Shown here: positions 14,079 to 30,214 of the stretch, piece by piece
Layout: the number at the start of each line of letters is the position of its first letter
Numbering within the stretch: position 1 is the first letter of the stretch
NCBI GenBank assembly: GCA_951406725.2
Contig: OX597840.1
Span: 26,164,001 to 26,228,000 of the forward strand
Direction of reading: 5' to 3'
Source of the DNA: Octopus vulgaris
Lineage: Eukaryota
Length of the DNA: 64,000 bases
Notes under the pieces: generated by a model
Databases searched by the model: none
Seen by the model: the letters and a program-made list of their open reading frames with translations, nothing else
Told to the model about the DNA's origin: nothing
Program-made: the position numbers and the translations under genes

Positions 14079-15709
14079 AAAAGTTGTTTTTAAGTTACAA
14101 TGGCTTAAAGTTCGATTATGTTTACTCATTCACAAAACAGGGTTTGGAAGCTATCATTTTGTGCATGGCAACACGTGTTGTCAAATATTTGTGAATCTGT
14201 ATTCTTCACACGGTAATTCATAGGGTACTTTTACTTTTGTTTCAGTCATTCGACTGCGGCCATGCTGGAGCACCGCTTGTAGTCGAACAAACCTACAACT
14301 CTCTCTCTTCTCTCTCCCCTCCTTAATTCTTTTGTTCCTCTTTTTCTCTCTCTTCTCTTCCCACGTGACCGATAGGCCAGACAGCTAACCCTCTTTTTGC
14401 GTCTGACCACGGCCAGTGCAACATCGATATTCTTCCCTGTGTTTGTGAAAGCTCTGTATCTCTGCCGTAAGGCTTCATTTCCCACACACCAGCTAAATTC
14501 AATTCGTCCCCAGTCGAAAGACACCTGTTGTTATGTCCTGTTATTATTATTAATATTTTTATTGTATTTTGTATTTATATTTGTGTAACATCGTCTGTAT
14601 TTCCATCCTTATTTTCGTATACATTCCATGCTTTCTTCCAAGGAATCTGATGCTCTTAGCTTACTTTTTCCTTGGGGCTGGCCAGATTGGAGCAATCTCA
14701 AGATTAATCAGCCGAAATTGCGAGGATGATCTGGTTCTTTACAGGGGACAGAAAGCTTCGAATGACCCGTCCTTTCTTTTTCATAAAGGACCCGTTTGTA
14801 CTTTGGTGTGAAATAATTTTTTTCCACACGTTTTTTTTAGTGCATTCAACGAAGCTCAGTCCAAACCCACCACCCGCCACATTCTTCCAGAAAAGAAAGG
14901 GGGGGACCTTGGAGTTTCCCCACCAACAGAGTTTTGTTTTGTTTTTTTTCTGGGTTATTTTACATGCTTTCAATGTATGACATTGAAATTATACGTAAAC
15001 GGCTCCTTTCCTTAGAAAAAGAAAGATTCGGCCACTATTTCTTGCATGCCCTGCTACCACGTAACAGCTATTTTGAGTCCTTTATCGTAAATAGCTGTTG
15101 TATGGTAACAGGGCATGCTAGAAATAGCAACCAAGTCTTTGGAGATGAGATACATTGAATGCACTTGAAAAAAACCTATGGAAAGAATTTATTTCACAGT
15201 GAGGTTATGAACAGGTCTTTTACGAAATATTTACGGTATTTCTAAAGCCATCTTCACTTTAAAATATTTTTTAAATATGCCAAAACAATTTTCGTAATGG
15301 TATTCAATTGAAAATAATAAAAAAATAAATAAAATTGTCTGTTTAAAGAAAGTTAAAATATAAAAACATTTCCTGTAAAAACAACTTTTTTGTTGGCAAG
15401 TTAGTCATAATGTGTCTAACCGAAAGGCTAGAAATCCTTCCTTTTTAGTGTTAAGTTATTTTTGGTGTATTTTCCCAATATGCACTGTTTTGGGTATTCA
15501 TACCCACCAAAACTCCTAATATCTCAAGAACCAGTTGTCCAATTCATGCGAAACTTGTTTTATTCTGTTTGTATTCACATTTCAGGAAAGTCTTAATTCT
15601 TAGTATTTTCCCCATTATGTGCCATTTTGGCTATGTAACATTGGAAGCAAGATTGAAGTTCATTTTTAATGTAATATATGTGTGTGTGTGTGTAGAGGTC
15701 TGCCTACTT

Positions 15710-15797
15710 ACAACTGCAATACAAGCATTTAGTTGTGAATAAACCATTATACTTGGCACTTGTTGGCCTGGAGAAAGTCTTTGATAGAATTCCTCAG
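15710..15797 (+). mobile_element. Short non-LTR RT fragment (paralogue at about 48695-48782, minus strand)
   Basis: NKPLYLALVGLEKVFDRIP resembles the RT motif KPLYLAFVDLEKAFDRVP. Confidence 0.65.
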
Positions 15798-15902
15798 TTG
15801 GCCACACACCAAGGTTCAACAGAACCTACTGAAGCAAGCCAACGTGCTTCTAGCATTATCACAGGCAAGAGCAAGACGTCGACATCAAAGTTCGTACTGT
15901 TT

Positions 15903-16113
15903 TCAAATTTTGGCACAAGGCCAGCAATTCCACGGGTGTGTGTTAAGTTGAATATGTCGATTCCAGTGCTCAACCGTTGCTTATTTCCACCAACGGCCAA
16001 AAGGACGAAAGACAAAGTCCACCTTGGCAGAATTTAAATGCAAATGTCATGTCAGAAGAACCACAGCTAAGCATTTTCCCCAATGTGCTAACGACCCTGC
16101 CAGTTCGCCACCT
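15903..16113 (-). mobile_element. Old SINE of a second family
   Basis: Reverse strand reads ggtggcgaactggcagggtcgttagcac..aaatgcttagc..ggccttgtgccaaaatttga, resembling an abundant octopus SINE (from memory, not searched). Confidence 0.55.
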
Positions 16114-17557
16114 TAGTTTATTATTAATTACTAGTGGGACCCAGGTAAATTCTACAGAATGAAAAAAATTAAGAGGACCTATTTAAGAAAGAGAGGATGA
16201 TTTGCATTTTTATAGCATTCATAGTTTTAGCTTTCTTTGAATATACTTGGCATCTGTCTACATCCAATTCCTCACAACACCATTGGTGCCATCTTTTTCC
16301 TCTTTTTTATTATATCTTCTTAGTGTTCCATGCTCTAGATCTGTGCATCTTTTCTCAGGTAGCTTGCAACTGTGTCTCTTGTGAATCCATAGTTTAGGCT
16401 AAATTAATCCTTAGAAACAAATATCAATCTCTTAAGTGAGAAGACGATAAATAATTGCACAGAAGTGCAAGTGTTGAGTGATGGTCTCTATAAAACAAAG
16501 AAATTCCTTTTCACTATCAACACACCACCACCACCATCATCATCATCTCTCTCTCTCTCTCTGTGCCTTTCTTTAATCTCACAATCAGAACATCACCCCT
16601 CTGCTAAGATTATATTTCTAACTCTTCTCTATATCACAACCTTCAGCTAGCTTTTTTAACCATAAAATAACTATTACATTCCCCCTATCACATGTCATGC
16701 TTTCTTCTTTCTTAGTCTTTTGTCTCTCCCTTTTCTTTCTTTCTCTATTTGCCTCACTCTTTGTCTTATCATCTTTTCTCTCTCTACCCCCTTTTCTCTA
16801 ATAACATGAAAGTATTACTGACGAGCTAAGTAACAGAATGAGAAGCAGAATTATTACAAGATCACCTTACTCTATTTCTCCACTTCTATCCCCACCCCTC
16901 ATTTATTCCACTAATCTAATGAAAGCATAACAGCTGTACAAACAAGCTGGTTATTATATATATACATAAATATCATTTTTGTCTGATGTGTGGATAATAT
17001 TTTTTGCAGAGTAATTACATATCACATAAGGAGACTGGAAAACAGTTTGATAGTATTTATTCAGCATTACATGTGTTTCATTACCTAATAGGAATTACAA
17101 ACTTTTAGACAAAGAGAAAACATGTAAAATATCTCCTATAAGAAATTCTTCATACATACATATATACACGTGTGTGTGTGTATGCAAGCAAATTTTAAAT
17201 GATGATGATTATCATCTTTGTAGTGATATGGTTCCTCTTCTGTATGAATGCAGTTATGTTTTAATAATTGATCATTTTCATAGATTGACATAGCACAAAT
17301 GTCTTAGGGTATGGTTTTATCTTTCATATTAATATGACTGTGTAGAATTCTCCATTTTGATAGAATGATTAAGCACTGCTATCACAGTGATATGTTTTCC
17401 TTCCTCTGTCAATGCTCTTTTGATTCGTTAATGGATCATTTCAGATGAAAGGCTTACCATTGATATCACATTGATATAGTTTCTTTCTTGTGTAGAGGGT
17501 TTTATGAGATACAAACATGTCCTTCTGAAGGAATGTTATACAACCAATGTCACTGTG

Positions 17558-18799
17558 TTATGGATCAACTTCATAACGAATACACTTGTGTTTAATTGAG
17601 TGATGTTTTTGTGAGAATGATTCACCACAGATGTCACAGCGATATGGTTCCTCACCTGTGTGAATACGTTTATGTGCAGTAAAGTTACTGCCAACAGAGA
17701 ATGATTTACCACAGATATCACAGTGGTATGGTTTCTCCCCTGTATGAATATGCTTGTGTGTGGTTAAGCTACTGCTAACAGAGAAAGATTTGCCACAGAT
17801 ATCACAGGGATATGGTTTCTCACCTGTATGAATACGTTTGTGTTTAGTTAAGGTATTGCCAGCAGAGAATGATTTACCACAGATATCACAGTGATATGGT
17901 TCCTCACCTGTGTGAATACGTTTATTTGCAGTCAAGGTACTGCCAACAGAGAATGATTCACCACAGATACCACAGTGATATGGTCTCTCCCCTGTATGAA
18001 TACGTTTGTGAGTAGTTAAGTTAACTTCTTGAGTGAATGATTTACCACAGATATCACAGCAATATGGTTCCTCACCTGTGTGAATACGTTTGTGTGCAGT
18101 GAAGTTACTGCCAACAGAGAATGATTTACCACAGATATCACAGCAATATGGTTCCTCACCTGTGTGAATATGTTTGTGTACAGTCAAGGTACTGCCAACA
18201 GAGAATGATTCACCACAGATACCACAGTGGTATGGTTTCTCACCTGTATGAATACGTTTGTGGTTAGTAAAGCTACTGTGAAGAGAGAATGATTTACCAC
18301 AGATATCACAGCGATATGGTTCCTCACCTGTGTGAATACGTTTATGTGCAGTCAAGGTACTGCCAACAGAGAATGATTCACCACAGTGATATGGTCTCTC
18401 CCCTGTATGAATACGTTTGTGAGTAGTTAAGTTACCTTCTTGAGTGAATGATTTACCACAGATATCACAGCAATATGGTTGCTCACCTGTGTGAATACGT
18501 TTGTGTGCAGTGAAGTTACTGCCAACAGAGAATGATTTACCACAGATATCACAGCAATATGGTTGCTCCCCTGTATGAATACGTTTGTGTGCAGTCAAGC
18601 TACTGCCAACAGAGAATGATTTACCACAGATATCACAGTGGTGTTGTTTCTCACCTGTATGAATACGTTTGTGGTTAGTAAAGCTACTGCGAAGAGAGAA
18701 TGATTTACCACAGATATCACAGCGATATGGTTCTTGACTTGTATGAATTTCTTGGTGTTTACTGGATTTACGTTTTTCTAAAAATGACATTTTGTACAT
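17558..18799 (-). CDS. Tandem C2H2 zinc-finger protein, 413 aa, about 14 repeats (type B start, X end)
   Basis: Open ORF; one repeat has a 9-nt in-frame deletion (YHCGESF) and one has H>N (TANKRIH). Confidence 0.88.
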   Translation of the reverse strand: MYKMSFLEKRKSSKHQEIHTSQEPYRCDICGKSFSLRSSFTNHKRIHTGEKQHHCDICGKSFSVGSSLTAHKRIHTGEQPYCCDICGKSFSVGSNFTAHKRIHTGEQPYCCDICGKSFTQEGNLTTHKRIHTGERPYHCGESFSVGSTLTAHKRIHTGEEPYRCDICGKSFSLHSSFTNHKRIHTGEKPYHCGICGESFSVGSTLTVHKHIHTGEEPYCCDICGKSFSVGSNFTAHKRIHTGEEPYCCDICGKSFTQEVNLTTHKRIHTGERPYHCGICGESFSVGSTLTANKRIHTGEEPYHCDICGKSFSAGNTLTKHKRIHTGEKPYPCDICGKSFSVSSSLTTHKHIHTGEKPYHCDICGKSFSVGSNFTAHKRIHTGEEPYRCDICGESFSQKHHSIKHKCIRYEVDP

Positions 18800-20029
18800 G
18801 CCACAGTCATATGATGAGTTTCCGTATTCCTCCGATATTTCTTCAAGAAAAATAAAATCGATCCTTCAAGTTGTACAGATCAACAACTTTTCAATAATAT
18901 TTCTTCTCTCACCAAAATATATGGATATTTTGCTTCTTTTTGCTTTTATAGTTTATTCCAAACAAATATCACTTCTCTTATATTTCTTCTAAATGTGATC
19001 AATGCCAATATTTAAAAATGTTGCAAATACTCTTTGGAAATCTATCAATGTATATTTAAAAGAGAAAATTTTCTCTTGCACATTTCAGACACAGAAGTAA
19101 AGAAATGCTTTCTCTCTCAGAGGAAATATTTTACTGTAATTCAGCAATGTTTTATAGAAGCAGGATTATACGTTTGTAGAATATCTTTGCAGAGTCTTTC
19201 AAACATGATACATATTGATGATTCTTTAAAAGTAAAAATACTTTTTAGCCAATTTCAGGCGATTTTCTGAAAGAATAGAAAAAATAAGATAAGACATCAA
19301 GTATGTTTAAAAGGCAGATATTCAAAAGTGTAAATTTACGACATTTCTGTTTTCAAAGATTTTAGAAGTAATTCTTTGTCTGAACTATTAAATTTATCCC
19401 ATCTCTCTGTTTTCAAGAAGTTTATATCAGGGAGTAGATATGTGTAGTATAATAACATCTCCTGGACATTAAGTCTGTCATAGACACATACCAATATACA
19501 TGTCAATAACACTAGATATCTGATGTTTTAATCTCAGTCATGTGTCGTAAAAGAGATATCACACCTCTCCTGCCTCTTTCCGTACATTTATAAATACACA
19601 CATACAGGAAGCTTAATGTCAATATTCTGTTGAATATAAAACATGAATAACAGTCAGCAAATAATCAGTATGGATGACTAACAGCATCAAAATCTTTTGT
19701 GGGGAATTTTTGATGTAGGAAAAAATATTGGTTGAGGTGGAGAAGGAAATTGGTGACAATCCTTCTCAATGGGGGCAAATGATGTAGTTTTAACATTAAA
19801 TTATTCTCGTTTTCTTCTTTACTTTTAAATTCTTACAAGTTACAATTACTGTTTCTCTTCCTTCTTACTTCGCAACAAAATATTGTTTATCGTGGTGAGT
19901 GAAAAATGCAGCGATGCGTAATCACGGAGGTGTGAGTTCGAATCTCATAATAGGGGTAGCTTATCCTGTTCAGGCTATATTATTAGCAATATCCTGCCTT
20001 TGAGAATTTAAAATCACTTTGTAGTGAAG

Positions 20030-20330
20030 CTATACAGCGGCGCGCGCGCGGGCTTGGTGCTTTCACCACCGGAAGTAGGACCTTTTGCCTACGTGGCAGT
20101 TAGCCGAGGCAAGGGGATCGTAGAACGTTTGACCACTAGCAGCAGTCAGCAGCGACTTGAGACATGGCTATCGAAGGTACAACACGTATATTCTCTCTGT
20201 CCGAATTTGATTCTAGCAGCAGCCTATACCGAAAGCTTTTAACCAAATTGTTGCAGACTACATCATCTTCCTTTCTCCGGACGCCATCTTTGACAAGTGT
20301 CGTTTTGCATTTGAACACTTTCTTATTTTA
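20030..20330 (-). promoter_or_regulatory. Candidate CpG-rich promoter / first exon of the 18799 ZNF gene
   Basis: Local GC/CpG island: GCGCGCGCG run, ETS motif CCGGAAGT (20069-20076), YY1 motif CGCCATCTT (20282-20290; AAGATGGCG on the gene strand). Confidence 0.5.
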
Positions 20331-23039
20331 CAGCGATAAGGTTCAGCTGAGACACATCTATACCAAAGGGATGCCAGATACACCAATTATCGGTTACCAC
20401 ATAAGAGAATAAAGTAGATATATATTATTTACGTCTGGGTCTTGTTGTTTCTGACTGGTAGAGAATCCAACGGAAAGTGATTGCTTCTCGCACCCCCAAA
20501 AGGTCCAGAGAAGATATTCACACTAAGATCGTTACAACTTCTTTAACTTCCTAAGACATCTCAAAAGCTTCTAAAGCAAACTTCGTTTGTTTGTTTACGT
20601 TCATCGTAATTTGAATTTAAATATATATGTATTACGAAGAGAGAGAAGGAATAACTTAGGTAATTAATTGAAAACAACATAAAAAAAAAACAGAGTACAA
20701 TTCATATATAATGCCTTAAATCCCAACAACGGACCATTGAATGTGTTTATGTGAAAAAAGATATCGAAAAACATTAGCACGTAAGAGTGAGAAAGAAACT
20801 CGGAAGGTATCAGGTGGTCGTGGGGTGCGCGATAAATAACAGCTAAATTGCTCTTCAATCGGTTTTTTCCTTCTTTGTTGGTTTCATAACCGTTTCAATC
20901 CTTGCATGTACAGCAGAAATACGCAGAAATTTTCTGAAAATTCCCCCAAAATAAAAATGTGATAAGCGGTTACATTGGGTGCTTAAAGAAAGATTCCTTT
21001 GAAAAATAGATATTAATTGTAAGTTGTAATGAAGGAGAAGAACCTTCGGAAATAGAGACTTCCTAGGTTTTAAATAAAATCCGTTCCATTTCTTCTGTAT
21101 ACAAAATTTACTTTTCGTTTCAGTATTTCAAGTGCACACTCGTATTTTTATACATTCCGCATGTCTTAGAAATTACATCGTAATTTTCCCGCGGAATTTA
21201 CATGTGAGGAAGAAAGAGAAAAGTTATCTACACAAGGTATCCATCGGACGTTAACAAATAATATAGGAAATAAGGAAAGATGCAATGAAATATCTGAATG
21301 TAAAGGAGAACACAACGGAAGTATTGAAAGAACAGCCTCACCGAAGTTGAAAAAGTGGGTTTCCATCGCCAAAAAATTAAAGAAAGGTAGGTGCGGTCCA
21401 TGCCCTTTACCTCCGCTATTTCGTCTTTGTTTAGTGAGATTCTTTCTTGTAACTTACTCAACACATCGAAACAAACAGACGTACGTAATCTTTTGTTGGC
21501 GTAAGACACTTATAGATGTTTTCTTTCTTTCACATGTAACATTCAGAAAATGTAATCTAAGATATCAATGTATAATACAGTGATATACTGAAAGAAAAAA
21601 ATTTACAGAAAAGAGAAATAGAAGTATTTCGACTTCTGCATTAAATTAAATTAATATCTATTTTTAAGGAACTTTCTAACAAATGCTTCGTATCATTTTA
21701 TGGGGAATTTTCAGAAAATTTCTTGTATTTGCTGTAAGAAATTGAAAGGAACATACAGAGAAGGAAAAAACCATGATATGGGTGATTGTCTTGAATTATG
21801 CAATATTATCACATAAACACATATTGGTCTGTTTAACATTATATGAATTGTACTCTGTATGTTGTTTTCATTAATTACCTAAGTTGTCCTTTCTCCTGAA
21901 TACAATATTTAAATTCAAATTCAAAGAATATAACAAACAAAGTTTCTTTGAAATGAATGTCTTAGGAAGTTAAAGAAGTTGATGGTGTGTGTATCTTCTC
22001 TATTAAAGCAATATTTCGATCTATCGAAACATAGAAAATAGAATATATACACACTCTATGTGGGATAATTGTGATTATAGATGATAATCTATTTAAATAA
22101 GAAATGTTACAAAATTGTCCAAGAATAAGAAAGTGATGTAGTGCATAATTTAAAAATGCCTGAAATCAATGGAAGAAGAAAATTCGTGTTGATTGATTTA
22201 GCTGCTACATGCTATTCATTCCTGATGTGCCATGAAAAGATATTCTAGTGAAAGACAAAACGAGCGAAAGCTTCACACAAGTATTTACTCAAAAGGCAGG
22301 ATATGAATAATATCTGAACAGGTTACAGAATAATGTGATATGGCATTTTAAAGATAAAAATTTTGTAAATAGGAAGGAAAACAGTAATTAATTATAAAAT
22401 TTAAAAAGTAAAGAAAACGAGAAGATGTTAAAACATCATTTTTATTGTAATTTCCTTCTAAATATTATTACATCAAAGATTTTACTGTTATATTACTGAT
22501 ATGTAATAAGTTTTATATAAATATGATTAAATTTTTATGGTGGTTATAAAGTGGAAAAAGGAGATGATATCTGCATTTTTACAATTAAAAAAAGTATATT
22601 AGTATGTCTGCAGACTGCATGAATAACATACATGTTCTTTTGAAGAAAGAAACTAAAAGAAAACGAAAAATGTAAATTCTGAATATCTGTTAAACATACT
22701 TGATGTCTTAATTTTTCTACTTGAAATTAATAAAAGATACAAGAATCATCAATATGTATCATGTTTAAGCAAGTGTCAAGCGTAATCCTGCTTCTATAAA
22801 ACATTTAATTTTATATTTCAAAGAGAAAGCATGTATCTGTGTCTGAAATGTGCAATTTTCTCTTTTAAATATACATTGATAATTTAAAATTATTTCAACA
22901 TTTTTAAATATTATTGATCAAATTTAGAAAAATATAGAAAAGTGACTGTATAACTATAAAACAAAAAACAAGATATCCATATATTGGTGAGGAGGAAATA
23001 TTATTTGAAAATGATCTGTACAACTTAAACGAATATATG

Positions 23040-23948
23040 GAGGAATAGACAGTGTGTAAAAAATGAAAAGTAAATCAAAAACAAAAAATTTAAACAAAAC
23101 CATATCGCTGTGATATCTGTGGTAAATCATTTCTCTTCCAGTAGCTTTCAACATTCATACAGGTGAGAAAAACAACTGTGATATCTGTGGTAAATCACTC
23201 TGTTAACTGAAAAAAGATATTCTCAACCATATTGCTGTGATATCTGTGGTTCATTCTCTGTGGCAGTATTATGCACACAAACATGTCAACAGGTGAGCAA
23301 CCATTTGTGTGATATCTGTGGTAAATCATTCATAAGAGGAAAACTACTCACAAAAGTCACAAACATACTGTGGTGAATCATTTTATACCTTACACATGAA
23401 AACCTGACTGTGGTAAATCATTCTTCACAGTGAAATGTCCTTTCCTGATACTGCTGCATTCTCTGTTGGAGATGAAATTTCACACATACCATCTGTGATA
23501 TCTGTTAAATATGTTGGCAGTGTAGAAATATTCACACATAGAAATATGCATATTGTGGTAAATATTCATAAAAGTTAACTATATAGTATTTAGAGAATAT
23601 CACTATCTGTGGTGAATCATTCTCTGTTAGTACCTTGACTGAAATAAAGTATTCACACTAGAACCATATCACTGTGATATCTGTGGTAAAATTCTCTGCT
23701 GGATAGAAACACAAACGTATTCATACATGAAACCATATCCCTGTGATATCTGTGGCAAATCTTTCTCTGTTAGCAGTAGCTTAACCACACACAAATATTC
23801 ATGAAACCATAATGTGATATCTGTGGTAAATCATTCTCTGTTCAGTAACTTTTGCACATAAATATTCACCAGGTGAGGAACCATATGTGACAGTGGTTCA
23901 TTCACAAAAACATCACTCAATTCACATTTTCTTATGAAGGATCCATAA
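23040..23948 (+). pseudogene. Heavily deleted inverted copy of the 17558-18799 ZNF gene (probably artefactual)
   Basis: tgtgatatctgtggtaaatca cores survive in the same order as in the 17558 gene, ending gatccataa, with pervasive short deletions. Confidence 0.65.
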
Positions 23949-26452
23949 CACAGTGACATTGGTTGCATTCCTTCAAAGGACTGTTTTACTCATACGTCTA
24001 AAGCTATATCTGTGATATCTGTAAATCTCTGTGTCTTAACATCAAAAGAGCATTGACAGAGGAAGGAACATATCACTGTGATACACTTTCATTCTACATG
24101 GAGTCTACACATCATATTAATATAAAGATAAAACCATACCCTAATTTGTGTATATCTTGTGAATATTACATAACTGCATTCCAAAGAAATAGAATCATCT
24201 CAGCTGCATACACACACACACGTGTTTATATGTATGAGAAATCTTTGTCATGTTTTTCTCAAACAGGTAATGAAACACATAATGCTGAATAAATACTATA
24301 ATCTCCTAGATATGTAATTACTCTGAAATATTATCACACATAGACATATTTAGTATATATATAATACTAACTATAATCTTTCAAATGATTTAGAAATATT
24401 ACTGTAATATCATTCTGTTGCAGATACTTTCAAAACTGAGAAAAAGATATCTAAATAGTCAGCTAATATAGTTATATAAAAAAGCTACATGATATTGAAA
24501 TATAATTCAATGTTCTATTTAATTAAACAAATATTGGTGATAGGAATTGTCACTCAATTCTGTGATTTATTCATTGATATTTGTTTCTAAATAAACTATG
24601 GATTCACAAGAGGTTGCAAGATGAGAAAGATTCTGTGAACACTAAGAAGTATAATAAAAAGAAAGTACTTGTGAGGATGTCTATTATTAAAAACTACTGA
24701 ACATAAAAATGATATTTTTCTTGTATTTGTGTAATAAACTTCAACTGGCTCGTTCAATAGTGGTTCTTCTGACATGCATTTGCATTTAAATTCTGCCAAG
24801 GTGGACTTTGTCTTTCGTTAAGCAATTACAATCGACATATTCAACTTACACAACTGGCCTTGTGCCAGAATGAAAACAGTAGAACTTTAGATTGCTCTTT
24901 TGATAATGCTAAAATTTTGCTTCAGTAGTTGAATGTGTAACTGAGGCATCAGAAGGCCAACAAGCAAGTATAATAAATCGTATCAAAGTAGACCTCTAAC
25001 ACACACACACACATATATTACATTTGACCATCTTGTCCTGTTACATAGCCAAAATGGCACATAATGGGGACAGAATATAAATGTGAATACACAGATAAAA
25101 CAATCGCAGATCAACTGTTCTTGAGATATTATTTTGGTGGGTATGAATACAGTGCATATTGCAAAACTTCTAAGGATTTCAGCCTTTCTAGACACATTAT
25201 GACTAAAGCATTGTTTTTACAGGAAATGTTTTTATATTTTAACTTTCTTTAAACAGACAATTTTATTTATAAATTGAATACCATTACGAAAATTGTGGCA
25301 ATATTTAAATGAAGGCTCGTGACCTGTTCATAACCTCACTGTGTTCTTTCCAGGTCAATGTATCTCATCTCCAAAGAGTTGCATCTAGCATGCCCTGACC
25401 ATACAGATTTACAAAGGACTAAAGAGAATGCATGTAGTCGTTTCAAATCGATGTAAAATCAAAACACTCTCATAGTTTCTTTTCTGGAAGAATGTGGCTG
25501 GGTTTGACTGAGTGAATGCACTATGTGTTATTTCACACCGTACAAACGGGTCCTTTATGAAAAAGAAAGGACGGGTCATTCGAATAATCATCCTCCAGTG
25601 ATTAACTTGAGATTGTACTGGCCAGCCCCAAGGGTAAGCTAAGAGCATCAGACCTTGCATGGAATGTATACATGGAAATACAGCATGTTACACAAATATA
25701 TACAATAAAAATATTAATAATAATTTTCTTTCGACTGGGGACGAAAATTTAGCTATGAACTCAGAGATACAGATGAATATCGATGTTGCACTTTCAGACT
25801 GTAGCTGTCTGGATTCACGTAAAGAAGAGAGAGAAAAAGAGGAACTTAAAGAGAGAGTTGTAGTTGATCATTGCTAGCATATATTGAAACAAAAGTAAAA
25901 GACTTGAATTACCTGTGAAGAATACAGTTCACAAATATTTGACAACACGTGTTGCCATGAAAATGATAGCTTCCAAACCCTGTTTTGTGAATGAGCATAA
26001 TGACTTTAAGCCTGTAACTTCAACTTTTGGATCTTATCGGTTTGAACAGCATCTGATGTCATAAAATTGTCACCCTATGACCCTAGTATCGATCTATTGC
26101 ATTTCAATGTGTATTGGGGTTAGACACAAATGTACTTTCTTAAACGAGGGACATATTCATACTCAGAATGTCACCTCAATAGACGTCATTGATTGGTTGA
26201 AATTGCAGAAATTGGAAAACATTCATGAACGAAGATACCTAGAAATTATTTTAAAAAACTGCTGTTCAAACCGATCCCAACTTTCTGTGGAAGAAGCAAA
26301 TTAACTGATGAAATTCTGAAAATTATATGAACAAATATTAAAATTATGATCTTTTGGTTTGAATGGCTGTTTTTTAACATAATTTCTAGGTAACTAAAAA
26401 AGTTAAATGTATACTGGTAGAATGTGTTTATAAAACATCATTTTCTCTTTCT

Positions 26453-26705
26453 ACATGGATCCACCTTACTCCCTTCTCCTTCCACCCCACTCACTATCAC
26501 CTTTTGTTTTCCCAAGGTTTACCTTCAAACCCTTGCTTTCAAATGTCCTTCCATTTCCAAAACTTCTCTCTCATCAGAACAAGGTCATCTGCATACAGTA
26601 TCTCCATTTACGGTCTCTTTCTTGCATTCTCCTTCTCCACATCAACCACTATGCAAACAACAATGGTGACAACACAGATCCTGATGCACACCACTTTCAC
26701 CACAA
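26453..26705 (-). mobile_element. Non-LTR RT fragment (mirror copy)
   Basis: Reverse complement of 13212-13476 with deletions. Confidence 0.7.
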
Positions 26706-26732
26706 ACAAGCTGGTTACTATATATAGATATA

Positions 26733-27092
26733 CCGTAAATCCTCGAGTATAACACCTAAACCTAAACCTTGTGTATAATACACATTCTCTAACTTGAGTC
26801 GTGATTAAGCCAGCAGCACCTAGTCAAACAAACACTTCCACGCATGCGTAATACAATAATGGTGATGTTTTTAACTGTTATATGGGAATGTAAATATCAA
26901 ATTGATTTTGTTACATGTTATTCTGTGTTCTGAATACTTTTATTTTAATAAATGTGTCTGAATAAATGCCTGACAGCAAAATAGAGACTCGGACATTGCT
27001 TAGAAAATATTTTTCATTTTAACCTCGTATATAGTACGCACTAGGGATTTTGACCGATAAATTTTATGCGGATTATACTCAAGGATTTACGG
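26733..27092. mobile_element. MITE family 2 copy (mirror arm)
   Basis: Same TIRs and TA flanks. Confidence 0.75.
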
Positions 27093-27876
27093 TATACATA
27101 TATATTATTTTTGTGGGCAGTTTGGATGATATTTTTAGAGTAATTACATAACACATAAGGACAGTGGAGAAAAGTTTGATATTATTTATTCAGCATTACA
27201 TGTGTTTCATTTCCTAATAGGAATTACAAACTTATAGATGTGTAGAAAACATGTAAGATATTTCTTATAAGAAAATCTTCAGACATACATAAGTGTGTGT
27301 GTGTGCACCCTTGTCCAGATATTATGTGGTGTTCATAAATGGCCATCATGACCGTCATACTTGTGCAGTTGTTCATTTCCAGTCTTGTGTGTAAAATATG
27401 TCTCACCAGGGAAAATATTTCCTTGCTTGGAAACAGGGAAGGTATCAATGAATTCAATCCGATCCATAGAAGAATGTAAAAGTGAATGTTAAATGATGAG
27501 GATCATCATCATCGTAGTGATATGGTTCCTCTTCTGTTTGAATTCATTTATGTTATAATTGATCATTATCAGATATCTTAGGGTATGGCATATTCTTCAT
27601 ATTAACAGGACTGTCTACAAACAATTCACCATTTTGAAAGAATGATTCAGGTTTAACATCACAGTGATATGTTTTCCTTCCTCTGTCAATGCTCTTTTGA
27701 TTCAATAATGGATGATTTCATGTCAAAGATTTACCATAGATGTCACATTCATATAGTTTCTATATTCTGTGGTTGTCTTTATAAGATACGTCCTTTGTCC
27801 TTCTGAGGAAATGTTATACAACAAATATCACTGTGTTATGGACCCACTTCATAAGGAAAGACTTCTGTTTAAATCA

Positions 27877-28965
<1,089 letters not shown>

Positions 28966-29569
28966 CTCTTCAAGAAAATATAATCAATCCTTCAAGTTGT
29001 ACAGATCAACAACTTTTCAATACTATTTCTCCTCTCACCAAAATTTATGGATATTTTTCTTCTTTTTGCTTTTATAGTTTATTCCAAACAAATATCACTT
29101 CTCTTATATTTCTTCTAAATGTGATCAATGCCAATATTTAAAAATGTCGCAAATACTCTTTGGAAATCTATCAAAGTATATTTAAAAGAGAAAATTATCT
29201 CTTGCACATTTCAGACACAGAAGTAAAGAAATGCTTTCTCTCTCGGAGGAAATATTTTACTGTAATTCAGCAATGTTTTATAGAAGCAGGATTATACGTT
29301 TGTAGAATATCTTTGCAGAGTCTTTCAAACATGATACATATTGATGATTCTTTAAAAGTAAAATACTTTTTAGCCAATTTCATGTGATTTTCTGAAAGAA
29401 TAGAAAAAATAATATAAGACATCAAGTATGTTTAAAAGGCAGATATTCAAAAGTGCAAATTTACGACATTTCTGTTTTCATAAACTGTAGAAAGTAATTC
29501 TTTATCTGAACTATTAAATTTATCCCATCTCTCTGTTTTCAAGAAGTTTATATCAGGGAGTAGAACACA

Positions 29570-29840
29570 CTGTTGTTCCTTCTCGAGCCATGCCAGGCTC
29601 ATAAGAGCCTCCTTCCTTGATGTGTAGGTTCTCCACCTGGATGGGACGCTAGTCCGTCGCAGGTAAGTTGCAAGATGCAGGAGGATAGAGTGAGGAAAGT
29701 TGCAGCGAAAGAGTCAGCAGAAGTTTCACCATTACCTTCTGCTGGAGCATGGTGCTTAGGTGTTTCGCTCGGTCTGAGATTCGAACCTGCGATCACTCGA
29801 CTGCGAGTCCACTGCTCTAACCACTAGACCATATGCCTAC
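29570..29840 (-). mobile_element. tRNA-derived SINE (mirror arm, more divergent)
   Basis: Reverse complement of the 10078 copy with substitutions and small insertions. Confidence 0.7.
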
Positions 29841-30214
29841 ACCAGACTACACTGTTATAAACCCAAACTCGAATACCAAAGTTTAAAAGGCTTCAATCGA
29901 CTGAAAAATACAGCAATATACAATACAAAGATTGCTAAATTGTAAGCAAAACGAAACTTCAACGCAATAATATTTTTATGCAGCAAGTTGCTACATTCCA
30001 GACTCCCTAAAACCAAAGTTGAACATGATGTCTGCAAAACAGAACAGAACTCTGTGCAGTCGTCGTGCAGCCATATAACAGCAGCAACCAAAAATCACGT
30101 GATGAAAACCCAAATCCCAATACACACTTAAAACCATTCTCAAAGACTTTTGATTATTATTATTATTTTAATGGACATAAAAATGTTTATAATGCTTCAA
30201 GCACAAAAATTGAG

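Noticed and set aside
14295-14810. Repeat-like block with ctgatg and cgaaa motifs considered as a hammerhead ribozyme or LTR
   Set aside because: No CUGANGA core in the right order with stems, and no TG..CA/TSD boundaries found; left unclassified.
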